Assembly: GCA_050250435.1 (NCBI GenBank)
Contig: JBFWOR010000012.1
Span: 1 to 64,000, forward strand
DNA: 64,000 nt
Source: Pirellulales bacterium
GTDB taxonomy: Bacteria > Planctomycetota > Planctomycetia > Pirellulales > PALSA-1355
Direction of reading: 5' to 3'
The notes beneath the pieces were generated by a model that saw only the letters and a program-made list of their open reading frames with translations, was not told the DNA's origin and did no database searches. Positions 38,593 to 50,200 of the stretch are shown piece after piece; position 1 is the first letter of the stretch; each line of letters opens with the position of its first letter. The position numbers were made by a program, and so were the translations under genes.

Positions 38593-39672
38593 TTGGATTT
38601 CATGAATATCCGCAGTGTTAAGTTCGACCGTCTGACGAGCGAGGAGCTTGCGACCTGGAGTGCGATCCAGCTCGGCAACGAGGTCTATTCCAGCCCGTAC
38701 TTCCGTCCGGAGTTCACGCAGGCCGTGGCTGCGGTGCGCGACGACGTGGAAGTGGCCGTGCTGGAAGAGTCGGGCCGGGCGGTAGGCTTTTTGCCCTTTC
38801 AGCGCACACCGTGGAACGGCGGGCGGCCCATCGGCGGACGCTTGTCCGACTATCACGCATTGATCGCCGGGCCGGACGTGTTGTGCGAGCCGGTAGAGAT
38901 CGTGCGCGCGTGCCGGCTGTCGTCGTGGCACTTCGACCATCTGGTCGCCGCGCATCCCTCGTTCACGCGCTACGCCTGGTCGTTCGCGGAATCGCCCTAC
39001 ATTGACGTGTCCGACGGCTTCGAGGCTTACATGCGCCAGCGGGGCAACACCCGCGGCGTGATGTCGGAATATGGCCAGAAGAAACGCAAGCTGGAGCGCG
39101 AGATTGGGCCCGTGCGTTACGAACGGCACGTGGCCGATCGCGCCGTGTTGGCCACGCTCATCGAATGGAAGTCCGAGCAGTATCGCCGTACCAAGGTCGA
39201 CAACATCTTCGCTTTCCCGTGGGTCATCAACCTGCTGGAACAGATCATGCAGTTTGACAGTCCGCACATCGCCCCGATCATGTCGGTGACGTATTGCGGC
39301 GATCAGATTGCGGCGATCAACTTCGGCATGCGCGCCGGCACGGTGTTGCATCCGTGGTTCCCGGCGTACAACGTGGATTTCGGCAAGTATTCGCCGGGCA
39401 CGCTGCATTGGGTGGCCACGCTGCAAGACGCGGAAGACATGGGCGTCAAGCGCATCGACCTCGTCTCCGGCGGTGAAACTTACAAACAACGGTTTTCCAG
39501 CGGCACGATTCGCGTGGCCCAGGGCGCGATCGATCCGCGGCCGTCCCTGGCGGCCGCCCGCCGCGCCTGGCGGCGGACGCGCGAGATCGTGCGCTCTTCG
39601 CCCGTGTATTCCCGCGTGCGCGGGCCGGTGCGCATGCTGCACAATGTCAAAGCCTGGCTGGAGCTGCGATGA
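38593..39672 (+). CDS. CelD/BcsL-like GNAT-fold acetyltransferase (Acetyltransf_6 / FemAB-like).
   Basis: ~360 aa soluble protein. A C-terminal block (FPWVINLLEQ...GTLHWVATLQDAEDMGVKRIDLVSGGETYKQRF) resembles CelD-family acyl-CoA N-acyltransferases. Confidence 0.6.
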   Translation: MDFMNIRSVKFDRLTSEELATWSAIQLGNEVYSSPYFRPEFTQAVAAVRDDVEVAVLEESGRAVGFLPFQRTPWNGGRPIGGRLSDYHALIAGPDVLCEPVEIVRACRLSSWHFDHLVAAHPSFTRYAWSFAESPYIDVSDGFEAYMRQRGNTRGVMSEYGQKKRKLEREIGPVRYERHVADRAVLATLIEWKSEQYRRTKVDNIFAFPWVINLLEQIMQFDSPHIAPIMSVTYCGDQIAAINFGMRAGTVLHPWFPAYNVDFGKYSPGTLHWVATLQDAEDMGVKRIDLVSGGETYKQRFSSGTIRVAQGAIDPRPSLAAARRAWRRTREIVRSSPVYSRVRGPVRMLHNVKAWLELR

Positions 39673-41006
39673 CGACTTCCGCGCCTTGGGCGCTTGAACA
39701 CAGCTATGACTCGACCGCGACGCCGTCTCGCTTCTGGCTGTGGACGCTGCTGGTGGGTTTGGCGTTCTTCATCGCCGATCAGGATCCGCGCATGCTGGAA
39801 GCGGAATCCTGGGATGCCGAAGTGTACTCGGCCGATGAGCACAGCGAGCGCATTGCCGGCGGCAATCTTTTGCGGCAGGCCATGTTCTTGTCCTTGGGGC
39901 TGGCGGGCGTCTATGGCCTGGCAAGCAGCCAGGGTCGCAAGCTCGATTGGCGCGATCCCTTGGTCTTGACCTGCGTCGGCTTTCTGGCCTGGGCCGCGCT
40001 GAGCGTTGCCTGGTCGAACGATCCCGGGCTATCGTTGCGGCGCGTGCTGCGGCTGGCCTGCGTGTACGCGGCCGCGTTGGGGCTGGTGCGCCATTTTTCG
40101 CCGCGAGATTTCTTGCGCATGGCTTTTGCCATTGCGCTCGGCTGGTTCGTGTTCTCGATCGGCCTGGAGCTGGCGCTCGGCCGTTTTCAACCGTGGCAAG
40201 AGAACTATCGCTTTTGCGGGATGATGCACCCGAACCTGCAGGTGCTGCAGTGCGGGGTCCTGGTGCTGGCCGCGGTGGCAATTCTGGCGAGTGAAACCCG
40301 GCCCGATTGGTTCGTTCGCGGCACGCTGCTGGTGGCCGGCGCTTCGTTCCTGCTCACCCGCTCGCGCACCGCGTTGGCGGCCATGGTGGTGGCGTTTGTC
40401 GTGGCCTGGCTGGCCAAGCCGGGTGGCCGCAAACTTCCCTGGGTGTTTGCGGCGGCGCTGGTCGCTTCGGCCGTGGGGCTGTTTGCCGGTCTGTTTGGCA
40501 GCGGAGTCGACCAAGGTGTGGCGAACGTCGCGCTATTGGGCCGCAGCGAAGACGTCGGCTCGTTGACCGGGCGCTTGCCGTTGTGGACCGAGCTGGTGGG
40601 GCATGGGCTGGTGCGCCCGTTGACCGGCTACGGCTACGGCGCGTTCTGGGGTCCCGAGCGGGCGGAAATCGTGGCCGACGCATTGTCCGTTCGCGGCTGG
40701 CAAATTCCCCACGCACACTCGTCGTTCATCGATGCGTTTCTGAGCCTGGGACTCATTGGTGTGACGGCGCTGGCGCTCACGATGATCGTGGCGCTCGTGC
40801 GAGCCGTCAAACGATATCACGCGGCGCCGATTGCGGAATCCTTGTTCCTGCTCGGGCTGATCACGTTCGGTGCGTGCGACGCGCTGGCCGAATCGTCGGT
40901 CGTCGAGCCGTCGTTCTTTTGTTTCCTGATCCTGTGCAGCGCGCTGCAACTGACGTTTCCGGCGCAGCAGCACTCGGCAGACGAATCCCAATTCAACTGG
41001 AATTAA
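39669..41006 (+). CDS. O-antigen ligase/Wzy-like polymerase family membrane protein.
   Basis: Many TM helices and a large periplasmic loop with Wzy_C-like features. 4-nt overlap with the upstream gene. Confidence 0.7.
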   Translation: MTTSAPWALEHSYDSTATPSRFWLWTLLVGLAFFIADQDPRMLEAESWDAEVYSADEHSERIAGGNLLRQAMFLSLGLAGVYGLASSQGRKLDWRDPLVLTCVGFLAWAALSVAWSNDPGLSLRRVLRLACVYAAALGLVRHFSPRDFLRMAFAIALGWFVFSIGLELALGRFQPWQENYRFCGMMHPNLQVLQCGVLVLAAVAILASETRPDWFVRGTLLVAGASFLLTRSRTALAAMVVAFVVAWLAKPGGRKLPWVFAAALVASAVGLFAGLFGSGVDQGVANVALLGRSEDVGSLTGRLPLWTELVGHGLVRPLTGYGYGAFWGPERAEIVADALSVRGWQIPHAHSSFIDAFLSLGLIGVTALALTMIVALVRAVKRYHAAPIAESLFLLGLITFGACDALAESSVVEPSFFCFLILCSALQLTFPAQQHSADESQFNWN

Positions 41007-41034
41007 TCGGCCCCGAAACCCCGGTCCCGAATTC

Positions 41035-42093
41035 ATGCCTCGCACTGTAAGCCAACGCCTGTCGGTCAGCGTGATTATCCCCACGTATAACCGCGCCACG
41101 TTAGTGAGCGAGGCGATCGACAGCGCGCTGGGCCAAACCCGCGTGCCGGACGAGATCATCGTCGTCGACGACGGTTCGACCGACGGCACGGCCGACGTGC
41201 TGCGACGGTATGGCGCGCCGGTGCGGGTCGTTTCGCAAGCGAATCGCGGCCGTTCCGCCGCGCGCAACACGGGCCTGCAGGAAGCGCGCGGCGATCTGAT
41301 TCTGTTTCTCGATTCAGACGACCTGCTGGTCCCCCAGTGCGTGGAACACTGTGCCCGCATTCTGGAACGCGAGCCCGAGACTGCGGTGGTGTACACCGAC
41401 GCCCACGTGATCGATCGCGAAGGGCGCATCGTCGGCCGCTACAGCGAGGCGCTGCGCGGAGCGCGTCCGTCGGGAATGATCTTGGGCGAGCTGGCCCGGC
41501 GCTGCTTCCTCACGGTGTCGTCGATGGTGCGCCGCGCGAGCTTGCCGGAAGTGGCGTTCGAAGTGGGCATGGAGCATTGCGAAGACTACGACCTGTGGCG
41601 CCGGCTTTCGGCCCGCTGCCAGTTTCACTACCTGGCGGAGCCGCTGCTGTGTTACCGATTTCACGAGGGCATGACGAACGCCGTGCAGCACCAGAACATC
41701 CTCACCAGTGAGATTGAAGTGCAGCGGCGCTTCATGGGCATGGACGAATTCGCCCGGCTGTCGCGGCGCGAGCGGGCCCGCGTGTACTGTACGCACGGGA
41801 TCAAGAACGCGCTGGTCGATCGGAGCGACGTGGCGCGGCAGTATTTTCGCAAGGCGCTTGTGACTTCGCCGACGTATCCGGGCGGCCCGGCCCTGACGCT
41901 CTTAAGCCTGGGCGGCTCGCGGTTCCTGAAATATGCCATCCTTAAGCGGCGCAAGCTGGCCGGCAACCAATTGGGCTCGCAGGCCGGTCCGCTGGCCGTG
42001 GTGCGCCAGCCGCGCAAGGACGGCGAGGAGTTTGCGGCGGCGCCGGCCAGCGCCGTTGCTTCCGCCGGCGCGCTGGTGGGCGAAAGCTCGTAG
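41035..42093 (+). CDS. Family 2 glycosyltransferase.
   Basis: VSVIIPTYNRATLVSEAIDSALGQT...VVDDGSTDGT and a DSDD motif. Confidence 0.85.
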   Translation: MPRTVSQRLSVSVIIPTYNRATLVSEAIDSALGQTRVPDEIIVVDDGSTDGTADVLRRYGAPVRVVSQANRGRSAARNTGLQEARGDLILFLDSDDLLVPQCVEHCARILEREPETAVVYTDAHVIDREGRIVGRYSEALRGARPSGMILGELARRCFLTVSSMVRRASLPEVAFEVGMEHCEDYDLWRRLSARCQFHYLAEPLLCYRFHEGMTNAVQHQNILTSEIEVQRRFMGMDEFARLSRRERARVYCTHGIKNALVDRSDVARQYFRKALVTSPTYPGGPALTLLSLGGSRFLKYAILKRRKLAGNQLGSQAGPLAVVRQPRKDGEEFAAAPASAVASAGALVGESS

Positions 42094-42104
42094 CAGGAAA
42101 CACC

Positions 42105-43373
42105 ATGTCGATCGACACTGAATTCTCGCCCGCCGCACACGCCGCCACGACCGTGGGTTCGACCACGGCCGGCGCGAACTTCGCGCGCCCAGCTGCCGAC
42201 GCCGCGCGCCATCTGGTCCGCGTGTTGCACATCATCAATGGCGAACACTACGCCGGGGCCGAGCGTGCCCAGGACCTGATGGCCTTGCGGCTGCCGGAGT
42301 TTGGCTACGAAGTGACGTTCGTGTGCCTGAAGCACGGCAAGTTTGCCGAGGCGCGCCGCTCGCAGGCCGCGCCGCTGGTGACGCTGCCAATGCGCGGCCG
42401 TTTTGACTTGCGTCCGGCACGCGCGGTGGCCCGCATGGTCCGCGACGAAGACTTTGCCTTGATTCATACGCACACGCCGCGCTCGTCGCTAGTGGGCGGC
42501 GTGGCATCGGCCTGGGCACGCGTGCCGCTGGTCCACCATATTCAAAGTCCCGCGTCGCACGACAGCACGTCGCGCTGGCGCAACTGGGTCAACGCCGCGG
42601 TGGAGCGGGCGAGCGCCGGCCGGGCCGCGGCCATCCTGCCCGTCTCCAAGAGCCTGGAAGACCACTCCCGCACGTACGGCCCTCGCGGCCGCTCGATGGC
42701 GATCGTTCCCAACGGCGTGCCCGCGCGGCCGTCGCTGGCGGCGCGAGAAACCCCGAGTGAGATCTGGACGATTGGCACCGTGGCGCTGTTTCGACCGCGC
42801 AAGGGGCTAGACGTGCTGCTGTCCGCGTTTGCCGGCCTGCACGCTGCAGGGCTGCCGGTTCGGCTGCGCGCCGTGGGCCGCTTCGAAACGCCCGAGTACG
42901 AAACGCAAATCATGAATCAGGTGCGCGAGCTGGGGATTGCCGACGCCATCGAATGGCGCGGCTTCCGGCACGACGTGCAGGCGGAACTCGACACCATGGA
43001 CTTATTCGTGCTGCCCAGCCTGTTCGGCGAGGGCCTGCCGTTCGTGGTGCTGGAGGCCATGTCGGCGGGCGTGCCGGTCATCAGCACCAACGTGGAAGGC
43101 ATTCCCGAGGCCGTGCGCGATGGCCGCGACGGGCTGATCGTCGAGCCCAGCGATGTGCCCGGTCTGGCCGGCGCGATGGGTCGGTTCGTCACCGGGCAGG
43201 TCGATTGGCAGGCGCTGCGACGCTCGGCCTACGAGCGCCAATCCAGCCTTTATACCGACGTGAGCATGTCGGCCGGCGTGGCTGCCGCGTATGACGCGGT
43301 GCTGGACGGCCGCCGAGCCAACGGATCGGCCGCGCGCGGCGTCTCCCCATCACCCTTGAACACGGCCTCATGA
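42105..43373 (+). CDS. Family 4 (GT-B, RfaG-like) glycosyltransferase.
   Basis: C-terminal motif FVLPSLFGEGLPFVVLEAMSAGVPVISTNVEGIPE. Confidence 0.85.
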   Translation: MSIDTEFSPAAHAATTVGSTTAGANFARPAADAARHLVRVLHIINGEHYAGAERAQDLMALRLPEFGYEVTFVCLKHGKFAEARRSQAAPLVTLPMRGRFDLRPARAVARMVRDEDFALIHTHTPRSSLVGGVASAWARVPLVHHIQSPASHDSTSRWRNWVNAAVERASAGRAAAILPVSKSLEDHSRTYGPRGRSMAIVPNGVPARPSLAARETPSEIWTIGTVALFRPRKGLDVLLSAFAGLHAAGLPVRLRAVGRFETPEYETQIMNQVRELGIADAIEWRGFRHDVQAELDTMDLFVLPSLFGEGLPFVVLEAMSAGVPVISTNVEGIPEAVRDGRDGLIVEPSDVPGLAGAMGRFVTGQVDWQALRRSAYERQSSLYTDVSMSAGVAAAYDAVLDGRRANGSAARGVSPSPLNTAS

Positions 43374-44245
43374 AACATCAGGTTCCGGCTATGAACAGGC
43401 GCGTCAAGTTGTTTGGCTGCCAGATCGACCGCGTGCGGATGCCGCAGGCGGTGGCGCGCGTGTATCGCTGGCTCGCGGCGCGCAGCGGCGCCTGCCGCTA
43501 CGTGGTCACGCCCAACGTGGACCACGTGGTAATGCTCGAACATCACGAAGGGCTGCGCCGGGCCTACGACGGCGCAGACCTGGTGCTGGCCGACGGTATG
43601 CCGGTGGTGCTGGCCAGCCGCTTGTTGGGTCGGGCCTTGCCCGAGCGTGTCACCGGCGCGGATCTGGTCGTCGGCCTGCTCGAAGCGGCGCACGAGCGCG
43701 GCGGAATCTCGGTGTTTCTGCTGGGCGCGGGGCCGGGCGTGGCCGAGCAGGCGCAGGCCAAAGTCGAGGCCCGCTGGCCGGCGGTCAAAGTCGTGGGCAC
43801 TTATTGCCCGCCGCTTGGATTCGAGCACGACGGCAATGAGAATAAACAGATACTGGAGCGCATTCGCGCGGCCCAGCCGGACGTCCTGGTGGTCGGTCTC
43901 GGCGCGCCCAAGCAGGAGTTGTGGGTCCACGCTCACCGGCAACAAATTGCCGCGGGCGTAGCCCTGTGCGTGGGTGCGACGATCGATTTCCTGGCCGGCC
44001 ACAAGCGCCGCGCCCCGCTGTGGATGCAAAAGTCAGGGCTCGAATGGCTGCATCGCGTGGGCACTGAACCGCGACGACTGGCCGGGCGTTACGTCAAAGA
44101 CGCGTGGCGCTTTCCGCGGCTGGTGTGGCGCGAGTGGGCCCGCAGTCGCCCGACGGCACAGCCCGGGGCACGGCATGCCGCGCCGAGTCACGCGGCGCCG
44201 CTGCACGTGGCCGAGGAGCCCGTGAGCGAAGTGGTGGGACATTAG
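43370..44245 (+). CDS. WecB/TagA/CpsF family glycosyltransferase.
   Basis: Family-typical N-terminal region (VTPNVDHVVMLEHH...ADGMPVV) and C-terminal region (GVALCVGATIDFLAGHKRRAP). 4-nt overlap with the GT4 gene. Confidence 0.8.
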   Translation: MKHQVPAMNRRVKLFGCQIDRVRMPQAVARVYRWLAARSGACRYVVTPNVDHVVMLEHHEGLRRAYDGADLVLADGMPVVLASRLLGRALPERVTGADLVVGLLEAAHERGGISVFLLGAGPGVAEQAQAKVEARWPAVKVVGTYCPPLGFEHDGNENKQILERIRAAQPDVLVVGLGAPKQELWVHAHRQQIAAGVALCVGATIDFLAGHKRRAPLWMQKSGLEWLHRVGTEPRRLAGRYVKDAWRFPRLVWREWARSRPTAQPGARHAAPSHAAPLHVAEEPVSEVVGH

Positions 44246-44259
44246 CAAGGCAAAACGAC

Positions 44260-45063
<804 letters not shown>

Positions 45064-45082
45064 CCATCGCCCACGTGATGCC

Positions 45083-46126
45083 ATGACCGCCACGGCGCCC
45101 TCACAACTCGACTTGCGACCCGGCGACTGGGTGGAAGTGCGCAGCGCGGCGGAAATTCTTGCCACGCTCGATGATCAGGCTGCGCTCGAGGGTCTGCTGT
45201 TCATGCCCGAGATGCTGGCTTGCTGCGGACAACGATTCCGCGTGTACAAGCGGGCCGACAAGACGTGCGACACAATCCATCTGACCGGCATGATGAGGAT
45301 GCAGAATACGGTGCACCTGGAGATGACGCGTTGCGACGGCGCGGCGCACGGCGGTTGCCAGGCGGCTTGCATGTTCTTCTGGAAAGAGCGTTGGCTGCGG
45401 CGCGTTGGCGACGATGGGCCCGCGGATTCCGAGGCCGGTAACGGTCAGGCGGCGACCCGGCCGGTAACCAGCGCGGCCCGCGACCGCGCCTGGCTGGAAG
45501 CGACCACGCAGCGCGAACCGGCGGAGGACGGCGAAGCGCGCTATCGCTGCCAGGCCACGGAACTCAAAAGTGCCGCCTGTCCGCTGAAGTGGTGGGGGCC
45601 GACGCAATATGTGCGCGACATACGCACCAACGATTGGCCGGTCAACCGCGTGTTCAAGACCGTGGGCATCCTGGTGTTCAACAAAGTGCTGCGGCGGCTG
45701 GGCAAGTGGCAGTATCCCAGCGTAGTCGGCAAACTCAAGCGCACCCCCAGCGAAGTCTTGGACCTGCAAGTTGGCGAGTGGGTGGTGGTGAAGAGTCGCC
45801 AGGAGATCGTTACCACACTCGACGGCAACGGCAAGAACCGCGGGATGACGTTCGAGCCGGAGATGATTCCCTATTGCGACAAGTGTTACCGGGTCATTCA
45901 GCGCGTCGACCGGATCATCGAGGAAGGCACCGGTCGCATGAAAGAGCTGAACAGCGTGGGCATCATTCTGGAAAACGTCATCTGCGCCTCGACCTATCGC
46001 ACTCCGTGCCCGCGGGCGAACTATCTGTACTGGCGTGAGATCTGGCTGCGCAGAGCGCTGCCGCACGAAATTCCGCAGGATGCGCAAGCCAACGGCCTGT
46101 GTGTCTTGCAGGCGCCCTGCGTCTAA
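45083..46126 (+). CDS. Hypothetical protein with an internal tandem duplication of a ~100-aa Cys-containing module.
   Basis: LDLRPGDWVEVRSAAEILATLD...FMPEMLACCGQRFRVYKR at the N-terminus repeats as LDLQVGEWVVVKSRQEIVTTLD...FEPEMIPYCDKCYRVIQR in the second half. Both modules end with WLRR. Confidence 0.55.
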   Translation: MTATAPSQLDLRPGDWVEVRSAAEILATLDDQAALEGLLFMPEMLACCGQRFRVYKRADKTCDTIHLTGMMRMQNTVHLEMTRCDGAAHGGCQAACMFFWKERWLRRVGDDGPADSEAGNGQAATRPVTSAARDRAWLEATTQREPAEDGEARYRCQATELKSAACPLKWWGPTQYVRDIRTNDWPVNRVFKTVGILVFNKVLRRLGKWQYPSVVGKLKRTPSEVLDLQVGEWVVVKSRQEIVTTLDGNGKNRGMTFEPEMIPYCDKCYRVIQRVDRIIEEGTGRMKELNSVGIILENVICASTYRTPCPRANYLYWREIWLRRALPHEIPQDAQANGLCVLQAPCV

Positions 46127-46137
46127 CGAGTTTCGCC

Positions 46138-47067
46138 ATGAGCCAGACCGCCCACTCCACCAGCACCGCGCCCGCGCAGCCGCAAGGCCTCGGCGGTCTC
46201 AAATGGCGTGCGCGGGGCATTGCCTCCGCCTGCGTGCTGCCGCTCATGCAACGCGCGGCGCGCGCCTATGTCGGCGGAGAATCACTTGACGACGCGCTGG
46301 CCGTGGCTCAGCGGTATCGCAGTGAAGGCAAGCCCAGTACGTTGGGATTCTGGAACGCGGAAGGGGCGCAAGCGCGCGAAGTGGCCGACGGATATCTGGC
46401 GGCGATCGACCGCGTGGCCGAACTGGGGCTCGATAGCTACCTGTCCATCAAGCCGCCGGCGCTCGAGTTTGACGCGCACCTGTCCAGGCAGTTGGCCACG
46501 GCGGCGCAGGCCGCCAACGTGCGGCTGCACTGCGACTCGCACGGGGTGGAAGTGGCCGATCCCTCGTTCGAGATGCTGGAGACGTTGCTTCTTGCGCTGC
46601 CGCCGTCGTTGGTCAGCACGACGCTGCCGGGCCGCTGGTCGCGCAGCCTGGCCGATGCCGATTGGGCCGTCGAGCGCGGCATCACGGTGCGCGTCGTGAA
46701 GGGCCAGTGGCCAGACCCCGCCGAGCCCGAGCGCGACATGACCACCGGTTTCCTGGAAGTGATCGATCGATTGGCAGGTCGCGCCAGCCACGTGGCGGTG
46801 GCCAGTCACAACGTGCCGTTGGCGGCCGAGGCCATCCGGCGGTTGCGCGCTGCCGGCACAACTTGCGAGTTGGAGTTGCTGTTCGGCTTGCCGATCACGC
46901 AGTCGCTCCAATGGGCACACGAGAGTCGTATTGGTGTTCGAGTCTATGTTCCTTATGGAAAGGGTTACATCCCACACGCGATTGAGCAACTTTGGCGGAA
47001 CCCGCGTTTTGCGTGGTGGATCATCAAAGATCTGGTAACCGTCCGTTCCGGTGGCGCGCGTTCCTGA
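46138..47067 (+). CDS. Proline dehydrogenase-family protein.
   Basis: FMN/TIM-barrel-like PRODH blocks and the C-terminal VRVYVPYG signature. Start at MSQTAH (46138). Confidence 0.65.
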   Translation: MSQTAHSTSTAPAQPQGLGGLKWRARGIASACVLPLMQRAARAYVGGESLDDALAVAQRYRSEGKPSTLGFWNAEGAQAREVADGYLAAIDRVAELGLDSYLSIKPPALEFDAHLSRQLATAAQAANVRLHCDSHGVEVADPSFEMLETLLLALPPSLVSTTLPGRWSRSLADADWAVERGITVRVVKGQWPDPAEPERDMTTGFLEVIDRLAGRASHVAVASHNVPLAAEAIRRLRAAGTTCELELLFGLPITQSLQWAHESRIGVRVYVPYGKGYIPHAIEQLWRNPRFAWWIIKDLVTVRSGGARS

Positions 47068-47271
47068 GAGCGCAGAGCTGACCATTGGGGTGACGGGGGA
47101 CGATCTGGATCTCACGTTAGATGCCGAACCTTTGCGCTCGCATGTCCCGCCAGCCAATGCAATGGGTATCAGTGACGGGCCGGCGCGCTTGGTTGCGCTG
47201 CCGCGTGAACGGTCACTGCCGACTCAGAGCCGCGCGCAGTCGCTTGGACCGGATGCCGAAAGGGCGACGCC

Positions 47272-50200
47272 ATGCCGCAGAATCCAAAGCGCAAATCGTC
47301 GGGGAGCAGTCCGCGCAAGGCGACGCCGCAGCGGCGTCACCGCCGCGCTCAGTTCGAGGCGCTCGAGGTCCGCGTGGCGCTCCACGCCGGCCACGATCAC
47401 GATCCGCCTGACGACCCGGGTCCCGAGCCGCCGGAGCACGAACCGGACGACCACGCCAGCCACGTGGATTTGAATAACTGGCTCGACCACATGCTGTACG
47501 ACAATGGCGCCGTGGATGCCACGGCCGCCGGCGTGCCCCAGCCCGACCTGCTCGAGGCGCAGTTTCCGGAGGACTCGGACGCGGCCGATACCGGCGAGTG
47601 GAGTCCGCTGCAGAACTGGCCCATCGAGTTCATCAACGCCCTGATGCTGCCCACGGGCAAGGTGATGGGCTACGACCGCACGATGAACTTGCGGTTGTGG
47701 GATCCGCTCACGAACACGTTCACTTCACCGGCCGATCCGGGCTACAACCTGTTTTGCACCGGCACCGCCCTGCTGGCTGACGGCACGGTGCTGGTCACCG
47801 GCGGACACGTGGTGGATACGGTTGGACTGCCGTACGCGTCGATCTACGACCCGTTCCAGGACTCGTGGACGCAGCTGGCGAACATGAACGCCGGCCGCTG
47901 GTATCCCTCGCAAACCACGCTGGCCAATGGCGACGTGCTCGTACTGTCCGGTGACACGAACGGCGACATTACGGATCCCTTGCCACAGATCTACGAGGCG
48001 GCCACGGGCACCTGGCGCGATCTGACCACCGCCGAGCTCACGTTGTCGTTCTATCCGCGGACGTTCTCGGCGCCCAACGGCGCCGCGTTCGTCGCCGGGC
48101 CCGATCCGCTGTCACAGTATCTCGACGTGACGGGCACCGGCCAATGGATTCCGGTCGACTACCGCATCGAGCCCAACCGCAGCTTCGGCTCGGCCGTGAT
48201 GTATGCGCCGGGCAAGGTGTTGTATGTGGGCGGCGGTTCGCCGGCGACGGCCACGGCCGAAGTGATCGACCTCAACGAGCCGAGCCCGCAATGGCGGGCC
48301 GTTTCGAACATGGCCTTTCCGCGCCGCAACGGGCACGCCACGCTGCTGCCGAACGGCGAAGTGCTGGTGGTGGGCGGCAACACCGGCGTGTTGCACTACG
48401 ACGGCGACGCCGTGCTGGCCGCGGAGATTTGGAACCCCGTGACCGAGACCTTCCGCACCGTGGAGAACATGGACGACGTGCGCTGGTACCACTCGGTGGC
48501 GGTGCTGCTGCCCGATGGACGCGTTCTGTCCACCAGCGGCGACTTGCATCTGACCGGTCAGGTCTACTCGCCGCCGTACTTGTTCCAGGGCGATCGGCCC
48601 ACGATCTCCTCCGCCCCGGAAACGTTGCAATACGGCGACAGTTTCTTCGTGGGCACTCCCGACGCCGCCGAGATTACCAAGGTGAGTTGGGTGCGGATGG
48701 GCACCGCCACGCACGCCCAGGACTGGGACCAGTATATACAGGAAGCCGTGTTCACCGAGACGCCGGGCGGACTGATGGTCACGGCGCCCCCCACGGCCAA
48801 CACGGCGCCGCCGGGCTACTACATGCTGTTCATCCTGAACGGCGACGTGCCCTCGGTAGCCAAGACCATTCGCGTCGGCACGATGCTTCCGGAAGTGTCC
48901 GTGTCGCGCTCGTCGACTGCCGAAGGTCCTAACGGCGGCACGACCGAGATGGTGTTTACTGTCAGCTTGGCGCTGTCGAGTGCCGAGACCGTGACGGTGC
49001 CCTACACCACCTTCGACCAGACGGCGCTTGCCGGTCAGGACTATGTGGCACAGGCCGGCACGCTCACGTTTGCACCGCTGGAGAAGGTGAAGACCGTTAC
49101 CGTGCAGGTGCTCGGCGATCTCGAGACGGAAGCGCCCGAGGAGTTTGATCTCAACATCTACGATCCGGTTGGCGCCGTATTGTTCGAGCCGATCGGTCAG
49201 GGCATCATTCGCGATTTTGGCTCCCTGCCGGTGCTCACGATCGACGACGTCGTGGTCGTCGAAGGCGACGCGGGCACGTCGAACGCCGTCTTCACGGTCA
49301 CGCTCTCGGCACCGCCGGCCGGCACGCCCGTCACCGTGCAATACTCCACGGCCGACGGCACCGCGACCGCCGGGCAAAGCTACCTGACGACCGCCGGCAC
49401 GTTGACGTTCAGTCCGGGTGTGACCACGCAGACCATCGCGGTGCCGATCATCGGCGACACGATGGACGAGTTCAACAACTCGTTCCTGCTCAATCTCACG
49501 GCCCCCGTCGGCGCCGACTTGGAAGACGCGCAGGGCCTGGGGCTGATCTACAATAACGACGACCCGGTGACGGCCAACTTCATTGGCACCGAGGTTGACT
49601 TCGAGCCGATCGGCAGTGCCGCGCAATTGACGTTCACCGTGGCGCTCTCCGCAGCCAGCGGCAAACCGGTCGAAGTCTTCTGGACCACCCAGGCCGACGG
49701 CACTGCCAAGCCGGGCGTCAACTTCGTGGAGCAGGTGGGGCATTTCGTGATGGCGCCGGGTACGACCACGGCCACCTTCAACGTTACCGTGCTCGACGAC
49801 GGCGTGCGGACTACGGATCGCACGTTCTCCGTGATCATGCAAAGCGAGCTGACGAACGCCAACTACGGCGACCGCTATACCTTTGCCTTGCTCGTCGATA
49901 CCGATACGCTGCCCGCACTGTCGCTGTCCAAGCCCGAAGTCACGGAAGGGCTGGCGGGCTCGGTGGCAATGGTGTTTACGGTTTCGCTCACGGCGGCGGC
50001 CGATGATCCGGTGGTCGTGAACTATGCGACTTCCGCCGGCACGGCCACGCCCGGTGTGGATTACACCGAAACGTCGGGAGTGATCACTTTTGCGCCGGGC
50101 ATCACCTCGCAGCTCATCACCGTATCGGTCGCGGGCGACGGGGACGATGAATCGAACGAGACGTTCAACCTCACGCTCAGCAATCCGGTGAATGCGACGT

